From contig OX597829.1 in NCBI GenBank assembly GCA_951406725.2, positions 35,092,001 through 35,156,000 of the forward strand: a stretch of DNA of 64,000 bases, read 5' to 3'. Under the pieces are notes generated by a model, which did no database searches, was not told where the DNA came from, and was given only the letters and a program-made list of their open reading frames with translations. Position numbers and translations under genes: made by a program. This document shows positions 1-13,593 of this stretch, piece after piece; position 1 is the first letter of the stretch, and every line of letters starts with the position of its first letter. The DNA comes from Octopus vulgaris. Taxonomy: Eukaryota.

Positions 1-464
1 TGTTTTTCTTTTAGATTTTTTTTTTCACCACGTTCCTATATCTTATTATCACGTGTAGATTGTTAAACTATCTCAATACTTAGACAATCAATTTACTCAG
101 TTTTAATATCTAAGATTAGAAATTCATCTTTGAAAAAAAAAAAAAAAAAAGCAAACACAATTGTAAACAAACAAAGGAAACTAAACTAAAAAAAAAAAAA
201 AAGAAAATATATCAAAACATCAAAACATGGAAGAAAACGAACAAAAATATTTTAACATTGTTGTTGAAAGCTGTTTATCTCTGAGTGACACAAAACGTTG
301 CTGATGTTGTCGTAGTTGTGTTTCAGTGTCTCATCTTTTAGTATCAATTGAATGGAAAGTTTTTTTTACCATTGTTTTCGTTCTTGCTCGTTTTTATTGC
401 AATAATCAACAATGATACACATAATTCAGATATAGATATAAATTTGATTCTAACGGCAGAGAGT

Positions 465-486
465 ACACACACACACACATACGCAT

Positions 487-583
<97 letters not shown>
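465..583. repeat. (CA)n microsatellite
   Basis: Near-perfect CA tract; explains ORFs 344-637 and 348-605. Confidence 0.98.
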
Positions 584-584
<1 letters not shown>

Positions 585-1206
585 TTCTTTTCTGTCTTTA
601 TTTGAAATCTTCTGAGGAAGGCGCTGCTTTCTGACAAAGAAACAAAGCTCTATTTTTGGAATGTAGATAACAAAAACAAATCCATATTTTAAACTTGAGA
701 AAAGTCTTGCATATTTTCACTGTTCCACTAACAGATTGCATTTGTAATGTGCGCATTAGCTGATGGATTTCTTTTCCTGAAAACCCTGGTTATTCAAACT
801 GTCATTTAGGCATATATTCACAAAACCAAGTGTACCAATTATTATTGGTATAAATGCGAATTTATAATCCGGTTATAGAAGCGAAAGGTTTCAAAGAAGT
901 TGTCCTTAGTTATCCCTTTATCCCTTTTCTCTTTGACTTTTGAAGAGATATTCATATCGACAGGGAAGCTGGCCTCTATGATGGTACGCAATTTTTTTTA
1001 TCTGTCTCAAATATCCGGACTGTTATATTTACACTTGATAGAAGTTTTGATAGGAATTCCCCATCAGTTTTCCTTGTGTTCATGTTTGTGCATGAAATAA
1101 ATAACAGAACTCCTCTCTCTATTTTTTCTGTGAGTCTCTTTTCCGAATGGCCTCGTATATTGTTTTTGTAACAACTTCATGTTGCATAGGGAGTTAGTAC
1201 CTTTCC

Positions 1207-1612
1207 TATTATTATTTTATTCTTTTACTTATTTCAGTCATTGGACAGCGACGATTCTGGAGCATCGTCTTTAGTCGAACAATTCGAACCCAAGACTTAT
1301 TCTTTGTAAGCCTAGTACTTATTCTATCGGTCACTTTTACCGAAGCGCTAAGTTGCCTAGGATGTAAATATACTAACATCGGTTGTCAAGCGATGGTGGT
1401 GGTGGTGGGGGGGAGAGAAACACAGACACATACATATACATATATGTACGACGAGCTTCTTTCAGTTTCCGTCTACCAAATCCACTTACAAGGCTTTGGT
1501 CGGCCCGAGGCTATAGTAGAAGACACCTGTCCAAAGTGCTATGCAGTGGGGCTGAATCCGGAATCATGTAGTTGGTAAGCAAGATTCTTACCACACAGCC
1601 ACTCTTGCGCCT
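1207..1612 (-). mobile_element. tRNA-derived SINE family B, near full length
   Basis: Head AGGCGCAAGAGTGGCTGTGTGGTAAG (A-box-like), CORE-like TTGG(G/A)CA(A/G)GTGTCTT segment, internal (TG/TA)n and stem-loop tail; aligns over its whole length with 21163-21569. Confidence 0.9.
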
Positions 1613-2123
1613 AATGACATTTTTCGGTAGCTGCTAAACCCATATGCGCTTTGATGAAATTTTTGCCTAGCTGCTAATCCCATCTGCGCCTTGATGACAT
1701 CTTTGGCTAGTTGCTAATCCGATTTGCGCCTTGATGACATTTTTGGGTAGCTGCTAATTCCATCTACGCCTTGATGAAATTTTTGGCTAGCTGTTAATCC
1801 AATCTGCGCCTTGACATTTTTGGCTTGTTGCTAATCCGATTTGCGCCTTGATGACATATTTGGTTAGCTGCTAATTCCATCTGGGTCTTGATGACATTTT
1901 TGGTTAGCTGCTAATCCCATCTGCGCCTTGATGACATTTTTGGTTAGCTGCTAATCCCATCTGCGCCTTGATGACATTTTTGGTTAGCTGATAATCCCAT
2001 CTGCGCCTTGATGAAAATTTTGGCTAGTTGCTAATCCGATTTGCACCTTGATGATATTTTCGGTTAGCTGCTAATCCCATCTGGGTCTTGATGGCATTTT
2101 TGGCTAGCTGGTAATACCAGCTG
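1613..2123. repeat. 40-bp minisatellite, about 13 copies
   Basis: Unit TGATGACATTTTTGGTTAGCTGCTAATCCCATCTGCGCCT in tandem with few substitutions. Confidence 0.95.
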
Positions 2124-2559
2124 TAATGCCTTCCAAAAAATATGATCTATGTTTTCGGTTGCATCTTGGAACTCCAAGGGCTTCACTGTCTCTTTTGTTT
2201 ACTAAGTTTTCCGTAGCAATCTCCTGTTCTTGGATAGCCTTCGAAGTGGTGTGATGTGATGTAGTGATTACGAGTTCAAGAGCGGCTTCGCTTCATGTAG
2301 ATATTACCGTCTTCTTCAAGTCGTCGGGAAACATATCAATGAATTTTTTGTCATGCTGAGCGGTTCACATCCAGGTCTTCTTTGAGGTGTGTTAATACGG
2401 CTGTTTTGAAGTTGAATGGGAGGCTGTCATGAAGTGACTGTTTCCTGAGGAGCTCACTGCCGATACACAGAATTTTGTTCCCATCCCTTTTCAACACTAC
2501 GTTTATGCATTTATTTTTGTTGTTGTTGTTTAGCAAGTACTGCCTGAGAGAGACTATAC

Positions 2560-2561
<2 letters not shown>

Positions 2562-2592
<31 letters not shown>

Positions 2593-2760
2593 TGTATGTA
2601 TGTATGTATGTGTGTATGAATGTATGTATGTATGTATGTATGTATGTATGTATGTATGTATGTATGTATGTATGTATGTATGAATGTATGTATGTATGCA
2701 TGCATGCATGCATGTATGTATGCATGCATGCATATATGCATGTATGTATGTATGATTGTA
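2562..2760. repeat. (TATG)n microsatellite
   Basis: Direct tetranucleotide tract. Similar tracts lie at about 5195-5340, 23836-23965, 29566-30035, 31231-31475, 34653-34803, 37345-37438, 42005-42448, 42975-43070, 51960-52032, 61935-62030 and 62213-62384. Confidence 0.97.
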
Positions 2761-2921
2761 CGTACGTTCATATGTATGTGCGCATGTGTTTGAGTGTGTA
2801 TTATGTGCATGTGCATTAATATAACGCCTAGGGCAGAGAAACTCATTGTATGCATTCCCGGATTACACACGCAAATTCTTGTTGTTGTTGTTATTATTAC
2901 TATTATTATTATTATTATTAC

Positions 2922-3692
2922 TTTTAATCTGCATGTTTGTCACAGTCACTTGCCGAGACACACCTAGCGTCCTGGGGCGAGTGAAGGATAAGAGATGTTA
3001 CAGTATGACTGAAAGCTTGGGGAGCGGAAGTAGCGAAATATCTTCATGTGATACATCACAGACATTTAAATGGATAGGGGTTTTCTAATGATGTGAGCAG
3101 TACTTGTCAGTACATTCTTTTGGATTTCTTTTAGACATGGTTCTCCTGAGATATTATTTAGATGTTTCTGACATCCTTTTTTTTTATCATGCCTAGGGCA
3201 CCTACAATAACAGGAACAATTCTCGCTTTAAGATGCTACGTCTTTTGTATTTCAATTTCCAGGCCCTTATATTTACTTAGTTTGTCAAATTCCTTTACAC
3301 ATATATATTTTATCAGTGGGAACACTTACATCAATAAGTCTACACGTATTTTCTTCCCTGTCTTAACTAATTATGTCTGGTCCGGATCGTTCTATCAGTG
3401 GTGATTGAAAAATCCCAGCTCAGGATGCTATTCATACCAGAAGTCAGGAGTGTTGATTTTGTAGTGTTTACATATTTTCCAATGTAAATACTGTCCTACC
3501 CTAGCGTGGCGATTTTTGTATTCGTATGGTATCAGTACAGGACATCCCGGGACAAGATGGTCTATTGTTTCGTCAAATGTGTCGCAGAATCTGCGTTTAG
3601 GGTCAGAACCGTTTTGAAGAACGTTAGCCTGGCTTTTTTTTGTAATCAAGTTTTTATCTTGTGCCGCCAGTATGAAACCTTCAGTCTCTGCT
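2922..3692 (-). mobile_element. Canonical Dong/R4-type LINE 3' fragment ending in (TAA)n
   Basis: ETEGFILAAQD..ETIDHLVPGC..EYKNRHARVGQYLHWKIC (zinc knuckle and RH motif), KEFDKLSKYK.LEIEI, IVPVIVGALG, EIQKNVLTSTAHIIRK. The 3' UTR runs into a TAA/CAA tract at about 2880-2921. Confidence 0.88.
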
Positions 3693-4474
3693 TTCAGTTC
3701 CTTTTCACTTTCTCTTTTCTCTCAATTTCTGCTCTCTTCAAAGCATAAAGAAATAAATATTTACGGAATGAGCGAGAGAAACACAGAATTAGAAAAGACA
3801 GAGACACAAGAGAAAGAAACAGAGACCGAAAACAAGTTTCTGTAGGAGAAGATGAAAGACAGGGATAGCAGGTGAAAGAGAAATGCTGATGTCTCATACT
3901 CAATGTTTTATAGTTGAAAGTGAAAAAAAGCCAGCAGAAAGTTGATACTGCATATACGTTCTATAGGTGAAGGTGAAAGAAAGCCGGTGCAAAGAGAGGG
4001 GGGAAAGCGAGAGAGAAGGAGACGCTGAGAACCCCATAAACGAGATCGGGTCGCACAATTTTCAGGTCATTTTCACTTTCGTCCCATGTTTTACGCACGA
4101 TTAGAGTTAGGCATTATCTCCCTCTTTCAATTTTTCATTATAATGTACAGAGACCTTACGCTGTCAACATGTTTACAACTTCACTAACTTCATTTCCTTC
4201 TTTTGGAATGAAGAAAAGTATGCAGAAAGAACTTCCTTTGGCACATACACACACAGTTAAAGTTCTGTATAAATTATGTTAATTTTTTGCTGTGTGCCAA
4301 ATTACAGCTCAAATCCTATAGAAATTACCTTTTCCTATTCTGTTATTCCTGTTAGTGAAGAGTGTATTCCAAAACCTGATCTTCTATTTCAACTTACAAG
4401 GAAGTTATCTCAGAAACCCTATCCGTTACCTGCTGTTTCTAGCAAGTCTGCAATGACATTTGCGTACTCCGACT

Positions 4475-4543
<69 letters not shown>

Positions 4544-4555
<12 letters not shown>

Positions 4556-4845
4556 AAAGTGAAGTTGTGTGAGTGTCTGTCTCCTACGATTTAGATTCCT
4601 AACTACTCCCACATTTTGCGGTGCAGTTTAACCAAAAGCGGGTATCTTATAGTCGTGATTAATATCGAGCCCTTCTGGGTATTAGCGCGCGTCTACAATG
4701 AGTCTACAATTTAAAAAAAAAATTTACCATCATTTTCCCCATTTTTAATGCATTTTTTTGCTATTATATAAGGGAAGTAACTCTCTAAAAATGCTTATAT
4801 AGTTATTTCCCTTACAAACCCGAGCAACGCCGGGCGGTACTGCTA

Positions 4846-4846
<1 letters not shown>
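4544..4846 (+). mobile_element. Non-autonomous Helitron inside a (TA)n tract
   Basis: 3' hairpin CCCG-AGCAACGC-CGGG followed by terminal CTAG and a flanking T; no TSD; homologous to 27462-27861. Confidence 0.9.
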
Positions 4847-4891
<45 letters not shown>

Positions 4892-5265
4892 AAAGAATGT
4901 GTGAAGAGAGGAGAGGAAGATATATTTTATTATTTTTCATTATATCTATCTATTTTTTATTTTATTTCTATTATTTATTATTTTTTTCTTTTTTCTTTTT
5001 GTGTATATTTTTTTGTATGTATACTATAAGAAAATCTTTTGCCATTTTTAGCAATCAGTAAAACATATTTTTAGTTTGAAAACGGCTACTTTGAAGCTTG
5101 AAACTCATATCAGAGTAACTCACTATAAACATTATTATTAAGATTAAAATAAAAATTATCCCCTCAAAAAGTCATCTCTACTCATTATTTCAAACATACA
5201 TACATACATACATACATACATACATACATACATACATACATACATACATACATACATACATTACA

Positions 5266-5304
<39 letters not shown>

Positions 5305-5699
5305 CGTATGTACATATACATACATACATACATACATAGATATATTTGCATATATTACAGCGTACACGACCATTCTGCGAACAACGAGAAAATATTTGAA
5401 AACCTCGGACTAATATATTAAGTATATTTATTATAGCTCCGGCTTACACCATTTCATTACAAAGGACTTCGTGCTTCTGTCTGTACATAATTCTCCTTGT
5501 CTGAGTAATATCCGAGTGTTGAAACATAAAACTCTTAGTAACGGAGTGCTATAAACTGGAACTATAGAACCATATATATTTTTCTCTCTCTATAGACTGA
5601 GCTCATTTTCGTTTTTCCAATTTGTTCGGAGTATCACTCCCATATATAACACTAACGCTACAAATTACCTTACAATACATATAAACATATAAATACATA

Positions 5700-6232
<533 letters not shown>

Positions 6233-7169
6233 CTCTAATATGATATAACTATATATAATTATGCATATGTATATACGAGTATGTGCGTTTATAAATACAT
6301 ATATTTCAATTTTTATATAAGTAACTGACAACCACCCCCACCAAAAAAAAAAAACAAAGACAAAAAGAAACAAAGCAAAACATTCAAACAAATACAAAAG
6401 AAACAAAACCCTCCACAAATTCTCAAAAGCGATAATTAGTGTAAATACTTCTCTCCCTCTGCCTCTCTCCCCTTTCCACATGACTTCTTTATTTTGTTCT
6501 CTCTCTTTTTTTTTCCTGTCTACTTTCAGTTTTGCTTAGAGTGCTTTGTAGTAGGTACTACTGCAATAGTATCATTATATGTTGTAGCAATAGTAGTAGT
6601 TGTTACTGTTGTTGCAATTACTGTTGTTGACGATGTTCGCTGTGTGAACTTGCTTCAGTTGTCATTGTGTTGTTAGTGAGACTAGGTCAATTAACGCACA
6701 CAGGTGGACTAAACCAGCCTCTTACAGTTAGTAACATATATTATCGATTGATTATGGGTAGCATCAAAGCGATGCAAAGTATTCTAATTGATCATGAGAT
6801 TCACCAGGTTCCCTTAAATTCATAGTTTTGACATTTGGTCTCGACCTTTGACACAGCCCAGAAACAAAGGCCAATACTTAATCAGGATGAATGATGCAGG
6901 GACCGGTGTATAAGGGAGGCTATTTCTAAAAGGCCGAGAGCATAATTTAGCAACGATGCAAACAGTTCAGCCGTGAACCGAAATCATGGAACGAACCATT
7001 CATACACACGCCCATTTCCCCCATCTACAACTCACTCCCCACCACTGGAACACTAGAATTAATGGTATTATGGTTTAGCCATTTCTTGTCTTGAATGGTG
7101 GCAAGAATGTGGATGTTGCGAAGACTTATGGGACGAAACTCAGAGTAGACTGTCGACTTTTGTTATAAG

Positions 7170-7262
<93 letters not shown>

Positions 7263-7789
7263 CACACACACATATACACATGCATATACATGTATGTGTG
7301 TGTGCATACATACCTACACACACAAACACACACACGCACACGCACAACCACACACATACACACATCTGATAGATCACACTCAATGATTAGTGACGGACTG
7401 AATCATCAACTTCGAATATATTTATGCTTGGATGTGCAAATGAGAAAAAGGCTACTCAATACATGCAGTAGAGCATATTCATTTATGTAAATTTAATGAT
7501 TCATATTTGGTGCGATCATTCAGGCTTTATTGAAAGGAACGAAAGAAAAAGAAAAGATATCAGAGTTTATACTGGAACTTGGCTCTCATTTAATGGCAGA
7601 GGTCAGATGCGGAACTTAGTGCGCTTACATATTAGTAGGAATCAAGGTTAGAAAAATATTAAGTATTTTCCCTTGATAAAATATGAAATGTCCTTCATGA
7701 CACTCTAATGTTAAAAAACATGAAAATCGAGTAAGATGTCAGGTGCCAGCCGTTACACTCATAAATAATACTACCTGCAGCAAGGTGAA

Positions 7790-7844
<55 letters not shown>

Positions 7845-7854
7845 TATATATATA

Positions 7855-8200
7855 TGTATAAAGCTGAAGTTGTCTGTGTATGGCAGGTTTGGTAGCCTTC
7901 AACTAACACTATCTCCTCCGAGACCCTGCGGCGCAAGTTGACCAAAATTGAGAGTATGATAGAAGAATGCCTGCTCCTCCTTCCGTAGAAGAAAAAATTC
8001 AAATCGGACCATGTTAACACCAAAAATTATTTACACCAAAAAGGTGCTTTTTTTCTATGAAAATCCCTATTTTTTACGATTTTTTGACTGCTGTGTCGCC
8101 ATTTTTCGGTGATTTCAACCAGAAAAATGTTCACTTAAAGAGAATAACAAGCTACATAATGCAAAATTTTTACTTTTCAAAAGGTAGAAAAGAAAATAAG
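7855..8200 (+). mobile_element. Probable Helitron 5' fragment
   Basis: Starts in (TA)n with TATAAAGCTGAAGTTGTCTGTG, resembling the 5' end TATAAAAGTGAAGTTGTGTG of the other Helitrons; no 3' CTAG hairpin seen. Confidence 0.45.
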
Positions 8201-8368
8201 CCCCAGCAACATTTTATAAACAACCCGTCTCTGTTAACAGCCAAATATCTAGACAAACACATCTCAGATGAGATACTCCCTTCTACAATATTATTCTGCT
8301 TGTTCCTGCGCTTTGCATGTTTTGTCCGTGTGTTACGCCAAAGGAAGTAATAATTCGAATAGAGAAAG

Positions 8369-8587
8369 AAATATCATTTCTGTTGTAGGCATAAAGCCTG
8401 AAATTTTGGGGACGAGTGCATGTCGATGTAATCGACGCCAGAGCTCATCTAGTACTATTTCATCGACCCCGAAAGGTTGAAAGGTAAAGTCGACTTCGAA
8501 GATACTTGAACTCAGAGCGTAAAGACGGACGAAATGCCGCTAAACACTTTCCACAGTATGCTAACGATTCTCCCAGCTCCGCTGCCT
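8369..8587 (-). mobile_element. tRNA-derived SINE family A (tail type 2), diverged
   Basis: Reverse-complement match to the head and the GTCGACTTT(G/A)CCTTTCA..TTTCGGGGTCGAT central domain. Confidence 0.85.
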
Positions 8588-8738
8588 TTAATGGCGAAAG
8601 AAATATTAAGAGAGGGAGAAGGACAGAAGAGGAAGAAGTGAGAAAAGGGGAGACAATTAAATAAACGAAAATAGTGGAATCAGTGAAAAAAAAAAAGAAA
8701 GCACGAGATGAGAGAGCGAGAGAGAAAAGAGAAAGTGT

Positions 8739-8795
<57 letters not shown>

Positions 8796-9017
8796 AAAGA
8801 GAGAAGAGATCGCAAGCACAATGGAATAATGTGGCCATACTGGGGCACTGCCATTGTTCATTTTCGAAATTAGGTTTAAATGCTTGTCGGTATAATGGCA
8901 GCAGAAGGGAAAGTAGATATGATAGTTAATTACTCATATATACTTTCAAATAGAAAGCTAACCAACTAGATAGGTGGGTCTTCAGATATATCCATGCAGA
9001 TAGAGAGATATATTAAT

Positions 9018-9232
9018 GGAGCCGGCATAAACGTTAGCACGCTGGACGAGATGCTTAGCGGTATTTCGTCTGCCGTTACGTTCTGAGTTCAAATTCCGCC
9101 GAGGTCGACTTTGCATTTCATCCTTTCGGGGTCGATAAATTAAGTACCAGTTACGCACTGGGGTCGATATAATCGACTTAATCTGTTTGTATGTCCTTGT
9201 TTGTCCTCTCTGTGTTTAGCAGTAAAGAAATA
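9018..9232 (+). mobile_element. SINE family A (tail type 1)
   Basis: B-box GAGTTCAAATTCC, central domain and tail ending AGTAAAGAAATA; possible 17-bp TSD with 2 mismatches (8994-9010 / 9237-9253). Confidence 0.92.
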
Positions 9233-9527
9233 GGATATGCAAATAGATAGATAACAGAATTGAAATTAAATGTTTTACTTAAAAGTACAATTTTGATCAA
9301 ATCATATGATTCATTTTGAAATTCCTTGTTTGTGTTTAATTTATCAACATCATGGTTTTGAATATGCTGACTTACACGGGTCCCGTTTCTACAATTATTA
9401 AAAAGTTAAGTTTCCAGCTCCTTTTCACAAATTTCAGTTACAACTTTGGTCCACTTGAAGCTATGGTAGAAGGCATTTGTCTCGAAAATCGTACATTGAT
9501 ATCGAACCAAGAATGTATGTATGTATG

Positions 9528-9575
9528 TCATTATTCCGTTTATTTCACATTTTCTTGCCATTAGAGAAATGATCT
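9528..9575 (-). mobile_element. Extreme 3' end of the CATA-associated Dong-like LINE
   Basis: Minus strand TTTCTCTAATGGCAAGAAAATGTGAAATAAACGGAATAATGA-CATACATACATAC matches the ends at 35335 and 62212. Confidence 0.8.
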
Positions 9576-9716
9576 TGTATGTAACTCGAGACCAGCTATT
9601 AACGGCACGGAACTACATGAAGCAGACTGGTTAGTATAGCAACACCAGTCTGCGCATGTGACCTTCCTCCTTCCTCCTCTACTTTTCGACCTTTTCCAAC
9701 TATCGCTTTTTCCAAA

Positions 9717-9754
9717 TGTCTTGAAGAAGGGGTATTCACCCTGAAATATAGAAA
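9717..9754 (+). ncRNA. Degenerate minimal type I hammerhead ribozyme motif
   Basis: tgtc-TTGAAGA-AGGG gtattca CCCT-GAAA-ta-TA-gaaa; perfect stem II, core C mutated, stem I mismatch. Confidence 0.55.
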
Positions 9755-9916
9755 TACAAATTCGTTCTGTTTTATTTTCCTTTTGTAGTTTACTTTGTAC
9801 TTTCTCACATTGTTCCAGCCTTACAAAACAACCTTCTCTAAAATATGTAAATACACACACACACACACACGCATATATGTATGTATACATACATATGTAC
9901 ATACATATATATACAA

Positions 9917-9960
<44 letters not shown>

Positions 9961-10039
9961 TCATATATATGTATGTGTTTGTGTATATGTGTGTGTGTGA
10001 GCGTGTGTGTGCATATATATATATATATAAACGTATACT

Positions 10040-10240
10040 AAACCGACATGTTCTTCTTGAAAACAAATACAAAATGGTGTCCAGTTACTTAAGTAGCCTT
10101 TTCACAATCGTTTGATTTGCAGGAAATAGCACCCATATGTCCTTCAAGCTGTATCGTTTTGTTTTAATGACTGAATGGATATTCTCAACTGTAGTTTTGG
10201 TGTGTATCATAAAAGTTGACCTGTGTCTAAACAAGTAATA
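10040..10240 (+). mobile_element. Possible CRE-like RLE LINE C-terminal relic
   Basis: YKMVSSY..SFDLQEIAPICP resembles the SFxLLRxxxxCLRG C-terminus of CRE-clade elements; followed by (CATA)n. Short and degenerate. Confidence 0.3.
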
Positions 10241-10266
10241 CATATGTACATACATACATACATACA

Positions 10267-10328
<62 letters not shown>

Positions 10329-10570
10329 AAATATATACGTATTATTTATTATTTTGCACATTACTTAATCATCAATATATATTTTTTATCTTATATTTAA
10401 TCTTTCTATAAAATGTAATTTTCTAGATGGCGTAATTTAAATTTTTAGTTTGAATTGATAAAAGGTGTTTTTTTTTCTAATTTATATATATATATATTAT
10501 ATTTTGTGAAATTTGATTTAGTATTTCTAAAATGAATTTTTCTATGTAAGTTTGGAATAATATTCCTTCA

Positions 10571-10649
<79 letters not shown>

Positions 10650-11159
10650 GCTTTATAAATTAATGCTTGACCATTTAGCATCTTATCTACCCCTACTACA
10701 ATAATCATGTTTGTTTCAATGTTTGGTTCTTTCTATCTCGCCACACACTTTATCCATCTTCATATTCCTAAAGCTGCATAGAACATACTATATTGTTCTA
10801 TATTTACACCTTTAAAGCCAGATATCCACTCACACCACACCTAGACACAAAAACATCATTCCATTTAAATATTAACTCACTATTACCTCCCCGTTCCTAG
10901 TCAAGATATCTCAAATTATCTACTGTTATTACAATCATCATTTACTGTTGTATGCTGAGAAAATTATATTTCTGAGACATAGCGACAAAAAATTCCGAAG
11001 ATATATAAGAATTTTAAACATTTGAGAAATGAAACTGGCTGCAACTAGGATATACAGAAAACCTTCCAATTCCTGAAACAAACCTTACTCTACACACAAC
11101 AGTGAATTATTTTTCTTCTTAGCAGTACGTTTACACAATACTCGAACCACACACAACAC

Positions 11160-11202
<43 letters not shown>

Positions 11203-11299
11203 CACACACACACACACACGTGTGCGCGCACAAAAGAAACGAAAGTTTTAAAGCAGCCTGACAACTAGCGGTGGCAGTTCGCTCGCCACTGCAGTGTGA

Positions 11300-12427
11300 T
11301 ATATGGCTGACCTTGACTTTCAGTCTAATAATAACCACATCAAGCCAAGTCAGTTATCACTATACACGTGCTGTTTAGTGCGTTTGGTTATTTCTTGAAG
11401 ACTGAACAACGTAAGACTTTGAGGAACGACGTCGCTTGCAGGAAATTTTGTTGCAAATCGACTTTTATGGAAACTTTTCTTATATTTCAAACCTGTGAGG
11501 AGAAATGCTTGGGCCACTCGAAATATAGTGAGTGATATCATCGTTTGAAATCGAGGAGGTCAACTTATGAAGACAATCTTAAATGTGGTCTGGACATCAT
11601 CCACAAAGTTAACGAAGCAATAAAACATATGTAAGAATCTGTGTCCCAGGATTTTAAAAGAAAAAAAATGAAAATGCGTCGTGTTGTCGCATAATTTGCT
11701 CTTCCTCTGTTGACAGATGAACCAGAAGATCCTCGACTCAATCATGAGTTTTGTGATAGTCCGATTGCTGATGTAGGTCTTATGGAAACTTTCAAAACTG
11801 GTGATGGGATGAGGGTATACTGCTACGATATCGAAACAAAAAGACAACTGAATCATCGTCGTCACATCCACCACTCACCCCTAAAAACGCACTCAAATCT
11901 CAAGATTATGTTGAAGAGTGTTGAATTGGAAGACTGTCGTTCATCATGAGATTTATACTTTTAATGATATGATGAAGAAAGAGGTATAATTGGTTGTTTT
12001 GAAGAACATTTGAAAGGTATGCGAAAGAAGCCGCTTGAAACATTGATAAACAAAAAGAAAGAAAGAAACAAAAAACCGAAGGAACAAGCATGATAACGAA
12101 TTTGCCCATTGTACGACCTTTACCTCCACCCACTGTCCTATTCTTCAGATCGGGCGTCTGCAGACTATTCTCTTCTTGAAGCTGAAGTCTACCCAGGAAA
12201 TTGTTGATTTCAAACGATAGAAGCGATCAAACAGAATTCGCTACAATAACAATGTATTATCCCCGAAAACACGTCCCAGGACACGGTAAGAGACTGAAAA
12301 AAAAAGGCCAAAAAATGTTGGAAGAGATGTATCAACGTACACCAGAACTATTTTGCAGTGAAACAAAGCAATAAGTTCGAGAAAAAAAAAAAAAAAACGA
12401 TGGCTACTTTTTGGAAACTTCTTGTCT

Positions 12428-12430
<3 letters not shown>
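11300..12430 (+). pseudogene. Tc1/mariner (mariner-like) transposase relic
   Basis: TGDGMRVYCYDIETKRQ (compare TGDETWVYxYDPETKxQ) and HPLSYSSDRASADYSL (compare HPPYSPDLAPxDxxLF); many stops and frameshifts. Confidence 0.82.
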
Positions 12431-12484
<54 letters not shown>

Positions 12485-13497
12485 CACACACTATCTCCCC
12501 CCCACACATGTATATACATGTATATATGATAAATGTATACACACACACATACACACACACACACACACACACTCACACATATATATATATATATATATAT
12601 GTGTTTGTATACACATGTGTGTACACATATACATGTATGTGTGAGTTTATATATGTATATATGTATCTGTATCTGTAATGCACAAAAAAAAAAAACCTGC
12701 AGAAAAAGCATTCTTAGACAAATTGGTTTTAAAACAGAACATTACCACTGTAACTCTTGGCCATATTTTCGATGTTGTTATATCCTAACAAGTTGATCTT
12801 AAGTAAAATGCTCAATGCAGTTGACTGGTATTTGAGCAGAACATCTACTAAACATACGAGCTACACTGTTTGTAAGTATCTTTCAATGGGCACGATCTGA
12901 GTAGATATGTTTTTTTTAGAATGTCCCGTCAGAGATATGTTAAAATTATTTGACAAGAAATGATTTTAGTCTGCACGAACGATGTATTTAATTGCGAGTG
13001 AGCAATGATGTATGTTAAAACAAAAAATACTATGCATCTGAACAAAATGGCGTACATCAGTACAGAACGATGTACGTATGTTACTCTGCTGCTGAATTAA
13101 CTTGTAAATGGATAAGCATTCAACAAACACGCTTAATTCTCAAGTTGCATCTATACGACTCAGTGTGTGACAAGGTTGTGTATCAACACACAGTGGTGTG
13201 TGCCAGCAGACAGTAATAGATGAAAGAACTAAATGGCGTGTATGATGCAAAAATGTGTGCCAGGACATAGGGTGACAGCACACAACAGAGTATTTCAATG
13301 TAAGAAGGCAAGTGGCAATACACAATTGTGAGATTCAATAAAGAATGGTGAGCAATAATATACAATGGTGCGTATGTGTGTTCGCGTATTTGTGTATGTT
13401 TGTATGTTTGTATGTGTGTGTTTGTTCGTTTGTTTATGTGTTTGCTTGTATATGTGTTTGTGTGTATTTGTGTGGGTTTCTGCTTGTGTGTATGTGT

Positions 13498-13556
13498 GTG
13501 CGTATGTGTGTGTGTTTGTATGAGTTTGTGCGTTTGTTCGTTTGTTTGTGTGAGGG

Positions 13557-13593
<37 letters not shown>

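Larger units (their letters stand above)
584..2560 (-). mobile_element. Degenerate R4/Dong-clade (RLE) LINE 3' fragment, interrupted by a SINE and a minisatellite
   Basis: Minus-strand translation across stops and frameshifts gives IVSLRQYLL, YVSRRLEEDGNI..HFEGY..IQEQEIAT (2124-2560), then LPMQHEVVTKTIY..IKTSIKCKYNSPDI..FIPIIIGTLG..SGTVKICKTFLKF (584-1203). This is colinear with the copy at 37439-38906. Confidence 0.8.

Noticed and set aside
1613-2123. CRISPR-like array
   Set aside because: Units are contiguous with no unique spacers, no cas genes, and the context is eukaryotic; the 21-bp repeat at 58332 fails likewise.
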